Part shown: one piece after another, positions 40,601-49,174 of the stretch
Numbering within the stretch: position 1 is the first letter of the stretch
Layout: each line of letters begins with the position of its first letter
Assembly (NCBI GenBank): GCA_045598625.1
Contig: JAZLML010000076.1
Span: 15,525-79,524 of the forward strand
Origin: Saccharofermentans sp.
Lineage (GTDB): Bacteria; Bacillota; Clostridia; Saccharofermentanales; Saccharofermentanaceae
Direction of reading: 5' to 3'
Length of the DNA stretch: 64,000 nucleotides
The notes under the pieces: model-generated
Databases searched by the model: none
What the model was told of the DNA's origin: nothing
The model's input: the letters and a program-made list of their open reading frames with translations, nothing else
Translations under genes and position numbers: made by a program

Positions 40601-40661
40601 GAACAAAAAATCTCCTTCTTCTTATTTGAAGAAACATATCAATCAAAGTTCCTTTTCTCAT
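37608..40661 (-). CDS. Large membrane-anchored extracellular protein: beta-propeller-like region plus GH51-like barrel (catalytic motif divergent)
   Basis: N-terminal RRRR plus TM; NNLIEDSSFE; Asp-box SADGRNF; PNIMRF, NALPWLVF, EYLCG...YG.MRINNG...PW, EVND. Family assignment by motif resemblance. Confidence 0.6.
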   Translation of the reverse strand: MRKGTLIDMFLQIRRRRFFVLLSIVVVIIAMALVVLIGAGVLGRNTSLCSIRIERNGNHIQNYEGIGLNFDRLPSNNLIEDSSFEASSEFTVFTVADGSSDKIFIKPDSINGTINSNQLIGSTARIYSIDESGRMFLRIQANVTDYSRLQFGTNEEVEDSGWLWTQDPIVRLINTDSSVVAITESGKLISDVTSGELANVYDEFEPVFAGLSKNGQTLTAVTDEGVLYTSADGRNFSRGLTYDFTGLGTITGVASIKNTVFVISDNGKSVVCSDGCTEFSDVFIEGTADKVINTDNRLYVFTKEGKCFSTGNGLVFEEASEIEEVIGADGVRCVSSSSDCAVLLTNNGNVISIAEDGDEITVLEKGQITINPDSNQYIVVTGNRMTILSDGYGNEYVTGPEDKTLRLLVGKIGEERAVFAGKDNKLFIYMDNTLYQTSLFASITLDQALGEDQTVKGDICYIESEVNTPMENAWETYGDGTTALISDEAALGFGENSLMLSGSGEGVHAVSQVIANNGKDVFIDGSFMRIDIMLRATNLSDGKVNVWISGANADGIGFTAEEVSDKFNLYSYTFAVTDSMLKGENEIRFNISFDGIGSVYADGIYLGFDKYDSEGLPEGFEDIITGASPNIMRFNNLSESSNDSSYFKELETSLRLAKSGNALPWLVFDSYTNADSIEKTLEYLCGSVSSDYGIMRINNGTAVPWNRQFSEIVVEVNDDNNLFNSDLQRSAYVDYIIGAIQQSEYYTDIKDCVVFLDGMNYDGGTVLSRADFHAGAFSMNIEQDLASEDFNYISYVNNLYSDFNYQVPRLTGRGNDIGEYISSLSISSYVYNSNDLVPGMRPTEITAARYAAALLTDEALFTRMPAADVTVSDIGSFYETDMNLDALCEQYPDAAVEMRNFSTLFNTIEALGTIGNSTRLSVTVADPLDENAEYSAEEFTSEVGVYLFENDNGLYLVVANTSDTQQQFTLSGINLSLDGSVVSRYSSSGELLTTRKLGRIVTRQTLQAGEILILEVN

Positions 40662-41644
40662 TCGAACATATCCTCATCGTAACGATTCTCAACATTTTCG
40701 GAAGGTAACTCAGTGTTTCTCACAGGTCCCCTGCGTTGTGCATCGTTAATCGTAAAACGTGCACCGAGAGACTTATCGGCATTAAATCGTCTCACAAAAA
40801 GCAAAGCTATAAATGCAGGAAGCGGCAAATACAATTCGAGCAAAGCAAGTATATTTGAAATCGAATTCATAATTTCTTCAGGCAAAACAAACCAACCGTC
40901 TGTCAAAAAGATAATAAGTGCCCCGCCTATTAAATTAAAAACGGCATGTACGGTAATTGAAGCCCAAATGCTTCTTCCGTAATAACAAACAAGTCCCAAA
41001 ATGCATCCGCTGAAGAACGCATAGAATGCCTGTACCGCTGTTCCGTGCAACAGAGCAAACGGGACGGACGACAAAATAATCGCAAGCGCCGGATGATACT
41101 CTTCTTTAAGCATATGCTCCATAACAATTCCGCGAAAACAAAGTTCCTCGGCAATCGGAGCCAAAATAACCATTGAGACATAGTTCATAATCTTATCCAA
41201 GGCCGGAACCGCATCTACCGCAACTTCCGAATAGCGATCTACAGATTCCGAATAATCTGCCATCAGGTTTTCGACCGGCTTAAACATTTCAGCCAATTCC
41301 GAAACACCGAGCATAAAAACCGTTACTACACCCGCAAGGCCGAATGCAATAACTACGGCTGCAGGAAACGTAATCGGATGTGGTTTGCGGAATTTGATAC
41401 AACATTTCTTTCCGTCTTTGTAAAAAACACGAACGGCTTTCTCGTAAATCAACAAAATAATAACCAGAAGAAACTCATATGCACTGCTCAAAGTTCCTTC
41501 ATATGTTTGATAATCGATTTTGAAAACAGCGAAAAACAGTTGTACAACAAGCTGGCTGAAAACTACCAGAAGGATTACAAAAGCCGCAGAAATCATCGGT
41601 AAAATATATCGGATGAATTTATTCTCAACAATTCCCTGTGTCAT
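40658..41644 (-). CDS. CPBP (CAAX/Abi) intramembrane metalloprotease
   Basis: EELCFRG, FALLH, HAVFN motifs intact; polytopic. Confidence 0.92.
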   Translation of the reverse strand: MTQGIVENKFIRYILPMISAAFVILLVVFSQLVVQLFFAVFKIDYQTYEGTLSSAYEFLLVIILLIYEKAVRVFYKDGKKCCIKFRKPHPITFPAAVVIAFGLAGVVTVFMLGVSELAEMFKPVENLMADYSESVDRYSEVAVDAVPALDKIMNYVSMVILAPIAEELCFRGIVMEHMLKEEYHPALAIILSSVPFALLHGTAVQAFYAFFSGCILGLVCYYGRSIWASITVHAVFNLIGGALIIFLTDGWFVLPEEIMNSISNILALLELYLPLPAFIALLFVRRFNADKSLGARFTINDAQRRGPVRNTELPSENVENRYDEDMFE

Positions 41645-41656
41645 ATCAATTCCTGC

Positions 41657-42046
41657 TTAAAAACTCTTGTATGATGTATTTTTTCCATATTTGTTAGAAC
41701 CCTTGGACTCATAATAACGCCTTATAAAGCAGTTAAATGCTCGGTCGAGCTCTTCCTCGTCTTTGATGGAAAGGAACTGCTGATTTCCTTTATCCGTAAA
41801 AACGGAACGCATAATTACGAGCTCGGGCTTATGGTGATTGCCGTTGTCGGGCTCATAATTATACATAACAACATATTCCTGTTTTGCTATAACGAAGGTG
41901 TCGATTACGGAAAGATAATAATCTTTTCCGCTCGAAACATCGCGAATGACGATTAAATCGTCATTCGCTTGTTTTTGACTGTTAATAACAGGCTTGGAAG
42001 CCTTAAATTTAGAGAAAAAACTCTTACTCTTTTGACTCGTCTTCAT
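41657..42046 (-). CDS. DUF1292-like protein (basic paralog)
   Basis: DVSSGKDYYLSVIDTFVIAKQEYVVM...ELVIM...LSIKDEEEL; start ATG 42046 overlaps the previous gene. Confidence 0.65.
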   Translation of the reverse strand: MKTSQKSKSFFSKFKASKPVINSQKQANDDLIVIRDVSSGKDYYLSVIDTFVIAKQEYVVMYNYEPDNGNHHKPELVIMRSVFTDKGNQQFLSIKDEEELDRAFNCFIRRYYESKGSNKYGKNTSYKSF

Positions 42047-42374
42047 CTTCGGAATCGTAATCCTCGAAACAATCGTCAAGAAGTGAATCATAATAATCGT
42101 AAATCGGATCTGCCTCTTCGTCATCGAGTGTAAGAATATCGAATTCTCCGTTCTCACCCTCAATCAACTCAGCGATTACCATTTCAGGCTCTTCGTCAAG
42201 TGTAAGAAGAACTGCATACTCTTTTCCTTCGTAATCGAAAGAATCAACAAACTCGAACTGGAACTGCTCGCCGGTCTCTGTATCCGTAAGAACTATAACG
42301 CCGTCTTCGATTTCATCACAACCGGAGCAACCTTCACAATTCTGATCACAATCTAATTTCTTATTTTCATCCAT
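42024..42374 (-). CDS. DUF1292 (YrzB-like) protein (acidic)
   Basis: IVLTDTETGEQFQFEFVDSFDYEGKEYAVL; position after ruvX; RBS GGAGG. Confidence 0.85.
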   Translation of the reverse strand: MDENKKLDCDQNCEGCSGCDEIEDGVIVLTDTETGEQFQFEFVDSFDYEGKEYAVLLTLDEEPEMVIAELIEGENGEFDILTLDDEEADPIYDYYDSLLDDCFEDYDSEDEDESKE

Positions 42375-42452
42375 AGTAATAAACCTCCCAAGTGTAGTAA
42401 GTACAAAGTACATAACAATTTATTATATCATATATGCTTTTAGGTATATAGA

Positions 42453-42878
42453 TTATCTGTTCTTCTCAAGGTATTCCTGAAGAATTATCTCGGCCGCAAC
42501 CTGATCGATAATTTTCTTCTGTTTTTGCGCCTTAATATTGTTCTCATGCAAGAATCTGGATGCGATAACCGTGGTATATCTCTCATCTATAAAAGTCGGC
42601 ACCAAGCCTGTTTTCGCTTGAAGCAACTCACCGAAAAGTATCGCCTTGCGCTCGGACTCCGACATAGTACCGTCCGTCCTCGAAGGTTTACCCATTACAA
42701 GTTCCTTAACGTCTTTCTCCTTAATAATTGCCGCAATTCTGTCAGACGGAGCTTCAGGGTCGATGCCGTTCCAGTTAACGGTCTCAAAACCCGACGCGGT
42801 AATTCTCAAAGTGTCGGACAAAGCAACACCTATGTGTCTCATTCCGAAGTCAATTCCCATAACTCTTCCGGATGCCAT
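42453..42878 (-). CDS. ruvX: RuvX/YqgF pre-16S rRNA nuclease / resolvase-like protein
   Basis: MGIDFGMRHIGVALSD, DERYTT, IDQVAAEIILQ. Confidence 0.95.
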   Translation of the reverse strand: MASGRVMGIDFGMRHIGVALSDTLRITASGFETVNWNGIDPEAPSDRIAAIIKEKDVKELVMGKPSRTDGTMSESERKAILFGELLQAKTGLVPTFIDERYTTVIASRFLHENNIKAQKQKKIIDQVAAEIILQEYLEKNR

Positions 42879-42940
42879 ATATTTCACCTCATAAAAATCG
42901 GTGCCTCAGCAGAAGCACCGACGATTTCAAAATCACTTTC

Positions 42941-43195
42941 TTATTTAAGTCTCGAACAATAATCGGTAATGATAACTTCCAAAAGCTCGTCGCGCTCCAT
43001 ACGCTTTATTACGCCTCTTGCTCCCTTATGGTTCGTAATATAAGTAGGATCACCGGAGATAAAATAACCGACAAGCTGATTAATCGGGTTATAACCCTTT
43101 TCTTCCAAAGCAGAAAGCACATATGTCATAAGTTCTCTTACGTTGGCACTCTTATCGTTCGAAAAATTAAATCTTGTAGTCTCTGAATTTACCAT
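42941..43195 (-). CDS. ireB: IreB/ReoM-family (UPF0297) regulatory phosphoprotein
   Basis: ALEEKGYNPINQLVGYFISGDPTYIT; RBS GGAGG before ATG 43195. Confidence 0.93.
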   Translation of the reverse strand: MVNSETTRFNFSNDKSANVRELMTYVLSALEEKGYNPINQLVGYFISGDPTYITNHKGARGVIKRMERDELLEVIITDYCSRLK

Positions 43196-43266
43196 AATTA
43201 CCTCCAAAACTTATCCCTACCATTAAGATAATATCATAAACAAAGACAAAACAATTTAAGTATTTA

Positions 43267-44598
43267 TTAATTTTTCAATTCTTTCGAAAGCAAAACTCCG
43301 TTATGGGACAAAAAAGGAACACAACTTAAGATTTTCCCGCAATAAGAACTGCCGTCAATCCCTTCCGGAAGAGATATTCTCGTAAGAACATATTCCCTGC
43401 TGTAACCTTCCAAAAAGCCTTCTTCCGCATTATATTTCTCGCAAAGCACTTCGATTTTTTTACCGATAAAGTTCTCGGCAAATTTTTCTTCCGCTTCGTT
43501 TGAAATCTTAAGCAAAACCGAGGTTCGTTCTTTTGCTGTTGTTTTCGAAACCTGCGCCATACCTGCTGCTACGGTTCCTTTGCGGACAGAATACGGAAAA
43601 ACGTGTATTTTATTCAGTTTTACGGCCTTAACAAACTCCTTTGTTTCCGCGAATTCATCATCGGTCTCTCCCGGGAATCCGCATATAACGTCTGTCGTAA
43701 GCGACATATCAGGAAATCTCTCTCGAAGAAGATTAACCTTATCCATATATTCCGAAGCCGTATAACGGCGGTTCATTCGCTTAAGAACCGTATCCGAACC
43801 GCTTTGAAGCGAAAGGTGGAAATGCGGGCAGATTTTGGGTTCCGATGCCAAAAAATCAATAAACTCGTCGGTCATCGTTTTCGGCTCCAAAGATCCGAGT
43901 CGTATACGCTTAACGCCGTCAATCAAAGCCGCCTTATGAATCAGGTCGGAAAGATATGATATATCTTTACCCAAATCCTTACCGTACGAACAAATGTGAA
44001 TGCCCGTAAGAACAAATTCACAGTAGCCCTTACCTGCCAGTTCTTCTATCTCCGCCAAAATGCTTTCGGGACTTCTGCTTGATACTCTGCCTCTCGCAAA
44101 AGGAATAATGCAATAAGTGCAAAAATTATTGCAGCCGTCCTCGATTTTCACAAAAACTCTGGTTCCCTCAGGCGAAAGAACCGTTCCGAAATCCGCATAA
44201 GTATCTTCCTTTGAAACCGGCGGTACTTCGTGTAAAATTCTGCGGTTTCCGTCTGACTTCGGACCATGCTCGTCAATGAAAGCCTTAAGTCTCTCAACCA
44301 GAAGATTTTTATCTCTCGTGCCGCAGATAACGTCCGCCTCAACAAAGCCGTCCGTCATCTCAATGTTACAGCCCATGGCACAAATAACTGCCTCCGGGTT
44401 TTCCTTAGCCAAACGTCTTATATGCTGACGGGATTTGCGGTCCGCTTCACCCGTTACCGTGCAGGTATTAATAACGCATATATCCGCATCTTTTGCGGTA
44501 TCGCTAATCTCATATCCTTCCTTTAGGAAAAGTTCGCGCACAGCATCAGTCTCGTACTGATTTACCCTGCAACCCAATGTGTAAAAGTATACTTTCAT
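43267..44598 (-). CDS. mtaB: tRNA ms2t6A methylthiotransferase (radical SAM)
   Basis: TLGCRVNQYET, INTCTVT, CNNFCTYC, HLSLQSG. Confidence 0.93.
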   Translation of the reverse strand: MKVYFYTLGCRVNQYETDAVRELFLKEGYEISDTAKDADICVINTCTVTGEADRKSRQHIRRLAKENPEAVICAMGCNIEMTDGFVEADVICGTRDKNLLVERLKAFIDEHGPKSDGNRRILHEVPPVSKEDTYADFGTVLSPEGTRVFVKIEDGCNNFCTYCIIPFARGRVSSRSPESILAEIEELAGKGYCEFVLTGIHICSYGKDLGKDISYLSDLIHKAALIDGVKRIRLGSLEPKTMTDEFIDFLASEPKICPHFHLSLQSGSDTVLKRMNRRYTASEYMDKVNLLRERFPDMSLTTDVICGFPGETDDEFAETKEFVKAVKLNKIHVFPYSVRKGTVAAGMAQVSKTTAKERTSVLLKISNEAEEKFAENFIGKKIEVLCEKYNAEEGFLEGYSREYVLTRISLPEGIDGSSYCGKILSCVPFLSHNGVLLSKELKN

Positions 44599-44710
44599 TA
44601 AACCTTTCCTTTCACGTCATATGCTGAAAATGTTAATCCCAAGATTTCATCTTGTCAAACGTACGCTTTGTGCTAAACTTCTCTTAATAAACGCAAAGGA
44701 AAGAAGAAAA

Positions 44711-44944
44711 ATGATTAAACAAACCGTTATGCTTAAATCCATTAATGACGTTAAGGATTTTGTTAATTTCGTTAACCGTTTTGACTTTGATATAGACTTA
44801 ATCGCAGGACGCTACGTCGTAGACGCCAAAAGCCTTATGGGCATTTTCAGCCTTAATCTGAACGCTCCTATCGATTTGGTAGCTTACTCGGACAACTGCC
44901 CGGAGCTCACCGAAGGTCTCAAAGCTTTCAGCGCCGACAATTAA
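44711..44944 (+). CDS. HPr-like protein lacking the phospho-accepting His
   Basis: VDAKSLMGIFSL (Ser46 motif); no His in 77 aa; start moved to ATG 44711; stop overlaps the rnr stop. Confidence 0.85.
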   Translation: MIKQTVMLKSINDVKDFVNFVNRFDFDIDLIAGRYVVDAKSLMGIFSLNLNAPIDLVAYSDNCPELTEGLKAFSADN

Positions 44945-46911
44945 TATTTCCTGTGGTGCACATTGCTGCGTCTTTTTCTCGAGGTTGCCTTAAGTTTTCT
45001 TCTGGCAACCTTTTTGTTTGTCTTCTCGCGACGCGGAGTCTTTTTGCCGCCTGTTTCGGATTTATTCTTTTGTGCCGAATAATCCTCCTCGAAAACAAAA
45101 TCGACTTTATTGGTATCCAAGTCAGCCGCAGCGACAACAATCTTCACTTCCTGACCAATCATCAAAATACTTCCGCCTCTGATTCCGACAGCTCTTAAAG
45201 CGCGCTCATCGAAAACATAGTGGTCACGCATTGTTCTGAACGGCACAAAGCCCTCGCAGGAGTTTTCGAGCTCTACGAAAACACCCGACGAGATTACCGA
45301 CGAAATCTTTCCGACAAAATGCTCGCCCAAACGCTCGTGCATATACATCGTGGTCTTAATATCAACCGACTGTCTCTCTGCCTCAACGGAATTTCGCTCC
45401 ATCTCGGAAGCATGCTCGGAAACCTTATCGCTTACTGTACCGAAATGTCTCTTATGATTCTCTTTATGCAGATAACTTTTAATAACACGATGGATAAACA
45501 AATCCGGATATCTTCTTATCGGGCTCGTAAAATGGCAATAATATTCAGATGCGAGACCAAAATGTCCCAGGTTATCCGGGCAATACCTTGCCTTCGCAAG
45601 TGAACGGAGAAGAATCGTCTCAAGAGACGGCAACAAGCTCTCGTTTGTCACGGTAGACATATAATCGCTTATGGCCTTCGGTGTAATTCTTCCTCTTATG
45701 GTTCCCAAAGCACCGTAGCTTTTGGCAACGGAACAAAAGCCCGATATCTTTATTCTGTCAGGATCTTCGTGAACACGGTAAACAAACGGATATTTAAGTT
45801 TATTAAACTTCTCGGCGATAAACTCGTTGGCACAAATCATAAACTCTTCAATCATTCCGTGGCAGTAGTTTATCGGATAAGGCATAACATCCGTCGGATT
45901 TCCGTCGTCATCCAAAATAACCTTGGTTTCCGGAAGATTAAACTGCAGTGCGCCTCTCTCGCTTCTTGCCTTCTTAAGGATATCGGTAAGGTGCTTCATG
46001 TTCCACAAAAGCGAAATATAAGGTCCGAACTCCTCGCTGTTTTTCTTATCCGGCTTAAAAAGAACCGCAAAACACTCGTTATAGCTCGTTCTCTTATCGC
46101 TTTTAATAACGCTCTCATAGACATCGCCTTCAATGGTCTTGCCGTTTTTATCAACAACCATCTCGGCAGTCAAAGCCAGACGCGGTACTCCCGGATTTAA
46201 AGAGCAAAGACCGTTCGAAAGCTTAGGCGGAAGCATAGGAATTACCCTATCCACCAAATAAACCGAAGTACCTCTTAAGAAAGCTTCCTTATCAAGATTG
46301 GTATTCTCGCGAACATAATGCGAAACGTCGGCAATGTGAACGTAGAGTCTGAAGTTACCGTTCTCTGTCATCTCCAAAGAAATAGCATCGTCAAGGTCTT
46401 TTGCTTCCTCGCCGTCCATCGTAACGGTAAGAAGATTACGTAAATCCTTTCTGCCGTTTTTAATTTCTTCTTCAATAGTCTCATCCGCAGGATTTATCGG
46501 AAGATCTTTTACTTCCTTCAAAACCTTATCCGGGAAAGTTCCGCTTAAACCGAACTGTCTCATAAGTGCGGTCATACGAACATCGTTGTTTCCGATGTCT
46601 CCCAAAACCTCAACTATCTTTCCTCTGTATCTCTTATCCGGCGCGCTTGGATTAATAATCTCAGCCGTAACAACCATGTTAAACGGCGCACCGTTCAAGT
46701 TATTCTTCGCAATATCAACAAGTCCGAAATTAGTCTCCTTAAAGGAAGGATCCGGAATTACGACACCGTGATCGCCGTTCTCTCGTAAAATACCTACAAC
46801 AAGATTTTTAACCTCGAGCGGGCCTCTTGGGGCTACCTCATCAAAACCCTGAGGCTTATCGGGATTAATAGGCTTCATTGCTCCGTTTCTGCTAGACTGA
46901 TTATATATCAT
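44941..46911 (-). CDS. rnr: Ribonuclease R (short N-terminus)
   Basis: DGEEAKDLDDAIS, HFTSPIRRYPDL, C-terminal S1 domain and basic tail. Confidence 0.92.
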   Translation of the reverse strand: MIYNQSSRNGAMKPINPDKPQGFDEVAPRGPLEVKNLVVGILRENGDHGVVIPDPSFKETNFGLVDIAKNNLNGAPFNMVVTAEIINPSAPDKRYRGKIVEVLGDIGNNDVRMTALMRQFGLSGTFPDKVLKEVKDLPINPADETIEEEIKNGRKDLRNLLTVTMDGEEAKDLDDAISLEMTENGNFRLYVHIADVSHYVRENTNLDKEAFLRGTSVYLVDRVIPMLPPKLSNGLCSLNPGVPRLALTAEMVVDKNGKTIEGDVYESVIKSDKRTSYNECFAVLFKPDKKNSEEFGPYISLLWNMKHLTDILKKARSERGALQFNLPETKVILDDDGNPTDVMPYPINYCHGMIEEFMICANEFIAEKFNKLKYPFVYRVHEDPDRIKISGFCSVAKSYGALGTIRGRITPKAISDYMSTVTNESLLPSLETILLRSLAKARYCPDNLGHFGLASEYYCHFTSPIRRYPDLFIHRVIKSYLHKENHKRHFGTVSDKVSEHASEMERNSVEAERQSVDIKTTMYMHERLGEHFVGKISSVISSGVFVELENSCEGFVPFRTMRDHYVFDERALRAVGIRGGSILMIGQEVKIVVAAADLDTNKVDFVFEEDYSAQKNKSETGGKKTPRREKTNKKVARRKLKATSRKRRSNVHHRKY

Positions 46912-46963
46912 GTGAATTCTCCCCTTATGTCTTTTATATTATTATACTTTAACGTCGACAATT

Positions 46964-47041
46964 TGTATTAATGCAAATTCCGCTTTATCGGAACGCTGAT
47001 TCCGACTTAGCGGTACGCAGTTCCGCTTCGTTCGGTACAGC
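46964..47041. repeat. IS21 terminal region with three subterminal repeats
   Basis: TTCCG-N6/7-CGG(A/T)AC starting at 46978, 47000 and 47021. Confidence 0.8.
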
Positions 47042-47065
47042 ATTAAAATAAACAGCATGCCGCCA

Positions 47066-47615
47066 TACAATGGTAGATTTTCTTGAGTCGCGAGTTTCAA
47101 TAATCTCAAAGAGATCTCTGCACTTATCCAGATCAAGTTCCATAAGACCAAAGTCATCGATTACAAGTAAGTCATAGGAAGACATCTCGTTTGTATATTC
47201 ATAACTCGAATTCATTTTACGAGCTTTCTCACTTTCTTGAAGCAAAGCATTAGCACGGATATACTTCACAGTTCGTAATTGTTGTAATGCTGTAACACAT
47301 AAAGCATTGGCTATATGTGTTTTTCCTGCTCCGGCACTCCCGGTTATCAGAAGATTCTTCGGTTCGTCAATCCAATTGCACGTCTGAAGTTTTTCTATAG
47401 TATGGGTATCGAGCATCCTGTCAGGTTCGTACAGCGACTCGTCAAAGTCAGCGTGAGGATACTTCAATGTTGCCTTACGCAGTAGTTTGTTGAACTTTGT
47501 GCTCTGACGCTTCTGCCATATGTGAAAGTTTGAATTTGAACAGTCTGTCCATAAGTATATTTTCTTCTATTGTTAACTTTGAATTGTACGTGTAATCCTT
47601 TTGTTTATATGCCAT
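47066..47615 (-). pseudogene. istB: istB ATPase pseudogene (internal deletion/frameshift, 3' truncated)
   Basis: MAYKQ...LSHMAEA in one frame, WQKRQSTKFNKLLRKATLKYP...GSAGAGKT...LVIDDFG...RKSTIV in another; lacks the normal C-terminus. Confidence 0.88.
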
Positions 47616-47626
47616 TGTCTTATACC

Positions 47627-48195
47627 TTATTTGTAGAAATTTCCTCTAATATTCTCGTGTGTAGGCAGTGCCTCATCTGAGGTTATGGTTCCTGACTGCA
47701 TCTTTCCGAGAATCTGCTTGAATGTTTTGTATTTACATGAATTCATCTCAACGCATTGGCGAGCTGCCTCTTCAGCTATTCCGTGTGGAATATCCTTAAC
47801 CGAATGTAGAATTCCTGCACAGGAGTTATACGATTGTTCTTCATGCTTAGACGATTTAAGGATTCGGTCTATAAATTCCAACATGTTAGGACCAAATACA
47901 GATGCCCATCGCCTGTAATATGCACCGTCCTTGGAATTGACTTCTTTGTAGTATAGATGTTCCGGTCTCATGTGACTGTCTTCGGTAATGTAGCGAGGAA
48001 AGTCTCTGTAAGAACGATTGTGTTTACATAACAAGCGATTGTAACTGTCGCAGATTCTTATTTCTGTATGTGTAGCTTTTAGGATTGCAGGCTTTCCGCA
48101 CTGTGTGTAAACTACGGAGTAGTAGTGGCCATCGTACTCTATATGGTAGTTATCAGGAACCTTGCTTTTTGCTTTGTAATCACATAAGATGGGGC
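47627..48195 (-). pseudogene. istA: istA transposase C-terminal fragment
   Basis: KVPDNYHIEYDGHYYSV...H.R.Y...HENIRG; first ~20 aa of the called ORF are not transposase-like; no DDE region. Confidence 0.85.
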
Positions 48196-48232
48196 TCAAT
48201 CCCAAAGACAAGGAATGACATGAGGAAGATTT

Positions 48233-49099
48233 ATGGATGTACACGTTGATTATTTTCATGAGTTAATCAAACAGGAATGGGGTTATTCCTGTTATAAAAA
48301 CGAGTTTGATGATGCGCAATTAGATATCAAAGCGGCGAATTCAGATGTTGCCGGATCCATCAGGTATATCAGTGATATCGATAAACTTGCTGATCACCCG
48401 GAAGTAAAATCTGTAAGGATTTTTGCATTGGATCAAGATACATTTGAGTACTTTATCAACAAATACGGCCGGCAGTTACGATATATACATTTTTACAGTA
48501 ATAAATCTGTTGAAGACTGGTCTTTGCTTGGGACTCTTCCAGATCTCGAATGTGTAAACTGGTTTCATAATCAGAAGATAGACAGATTGTGGGACATGAG
48601 CCGGAACTATTCTTTGAAAGCACTTAAGATCAGTGATTTCAGCAAGCTGCATTCTATCTCGGGAATCGAGAAGGCTCCTGCTCTCGAATGGGTTGAGTTC
48701 GGAGATGCCATTTGGCGCACATCAGAAATAGAAAGCTTAAAACCTCTTGAAAACACCGGGATTCGCAGAATAAACTTTTCAGGAAAAAAGATTAGTGATA
48801 TGGATGTATCATGTATTCCCAATATGGAAAAACTGGAAGTGTTTGACTGTCCGACAAATCTGTTTACCACGGAAGAGATCGCGTGGATCGTTGCAAAATG
48901 TCCGGGACTGGAAGGCTATGCATTACGACCATATCTCGACTATATGATATATAACGAAAAAACACACAAAGCCGATATACCGGGTGTAATGATTATCGGA
49001 AAAAGAAAGCCTACATTTGCAATTGAAGGAAATGAGAAGAAACTTGAAAAATACGTTTCTCAATTCGACAGTTTAGTAGATAAATACCGCACAGAATAA
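48233..49099 (+). CDS. Leucine-rich-repeat-like protein (no signal peptide)
   Basis: Repeated LxxLxx-like blocks (LRYIHF, LECVNW, LKALKI, LEWVEF, LEVFD); RBS GAGGA. Confidence 0.75.
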   Translation: MDVHVDYFHELIKQEWGYSCYKNEFDDAQLDIKAANSDVAGSIRYISDIDKLADHPEVKSVRIFALDQDTFEYFINKYGRQLRYIHFYSNKSVEDWSLLGTLPDLECVNWFHNQKIDRLWDMSRNYSLKALKISDFSKLHSISGIEKAPALEWVEFGDAIWRTSEIESLKPLENTGIRRINFSGKKISDMDVSCIPNMEKLEVFDCPTNLFTTEEIAWIVAKCPGLEGYALRPYLDYMIYNEKTHKADIPGVMIIGKRKPTFAIEGNEKKLEKYVSQFDSLVDKYRTE

Positions 49100-49104
49100 A
49101 AATC

Positions 49105-49174
49105 TGTACCCAAAATGTACCCAAAAGGCATAATAAAACCCCGAAAGCGTTGATACTAAAGCGTTTCCGGGGTT
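49105..49174. repeat. att-like end: tandem 11-bp repeat plus hairpin
   Basis: TGTACCCAAAA x2 (49105-49126), then AAACCCCG...CGGGGTT inverted repeat (49136-49174). Confidence 0.5.

Larger units (their letters stand above)
46964..48195 (-). mobile_element. Decayed IS21-family element (one end, istB and istA fragments)
   Basis: TGT end at 46964, subterminal repeats, istA then istB order; the other end and the DDE domain are missing. Boundary at ~48195 is approximate. Confidence 0.88.

Noticed and set aside
47508-47518. Programmed frameshift in istB
   Set aside because: No slippery run, and residues are missing across the junction; IS21 istB is not known to be frameshift-expressed.
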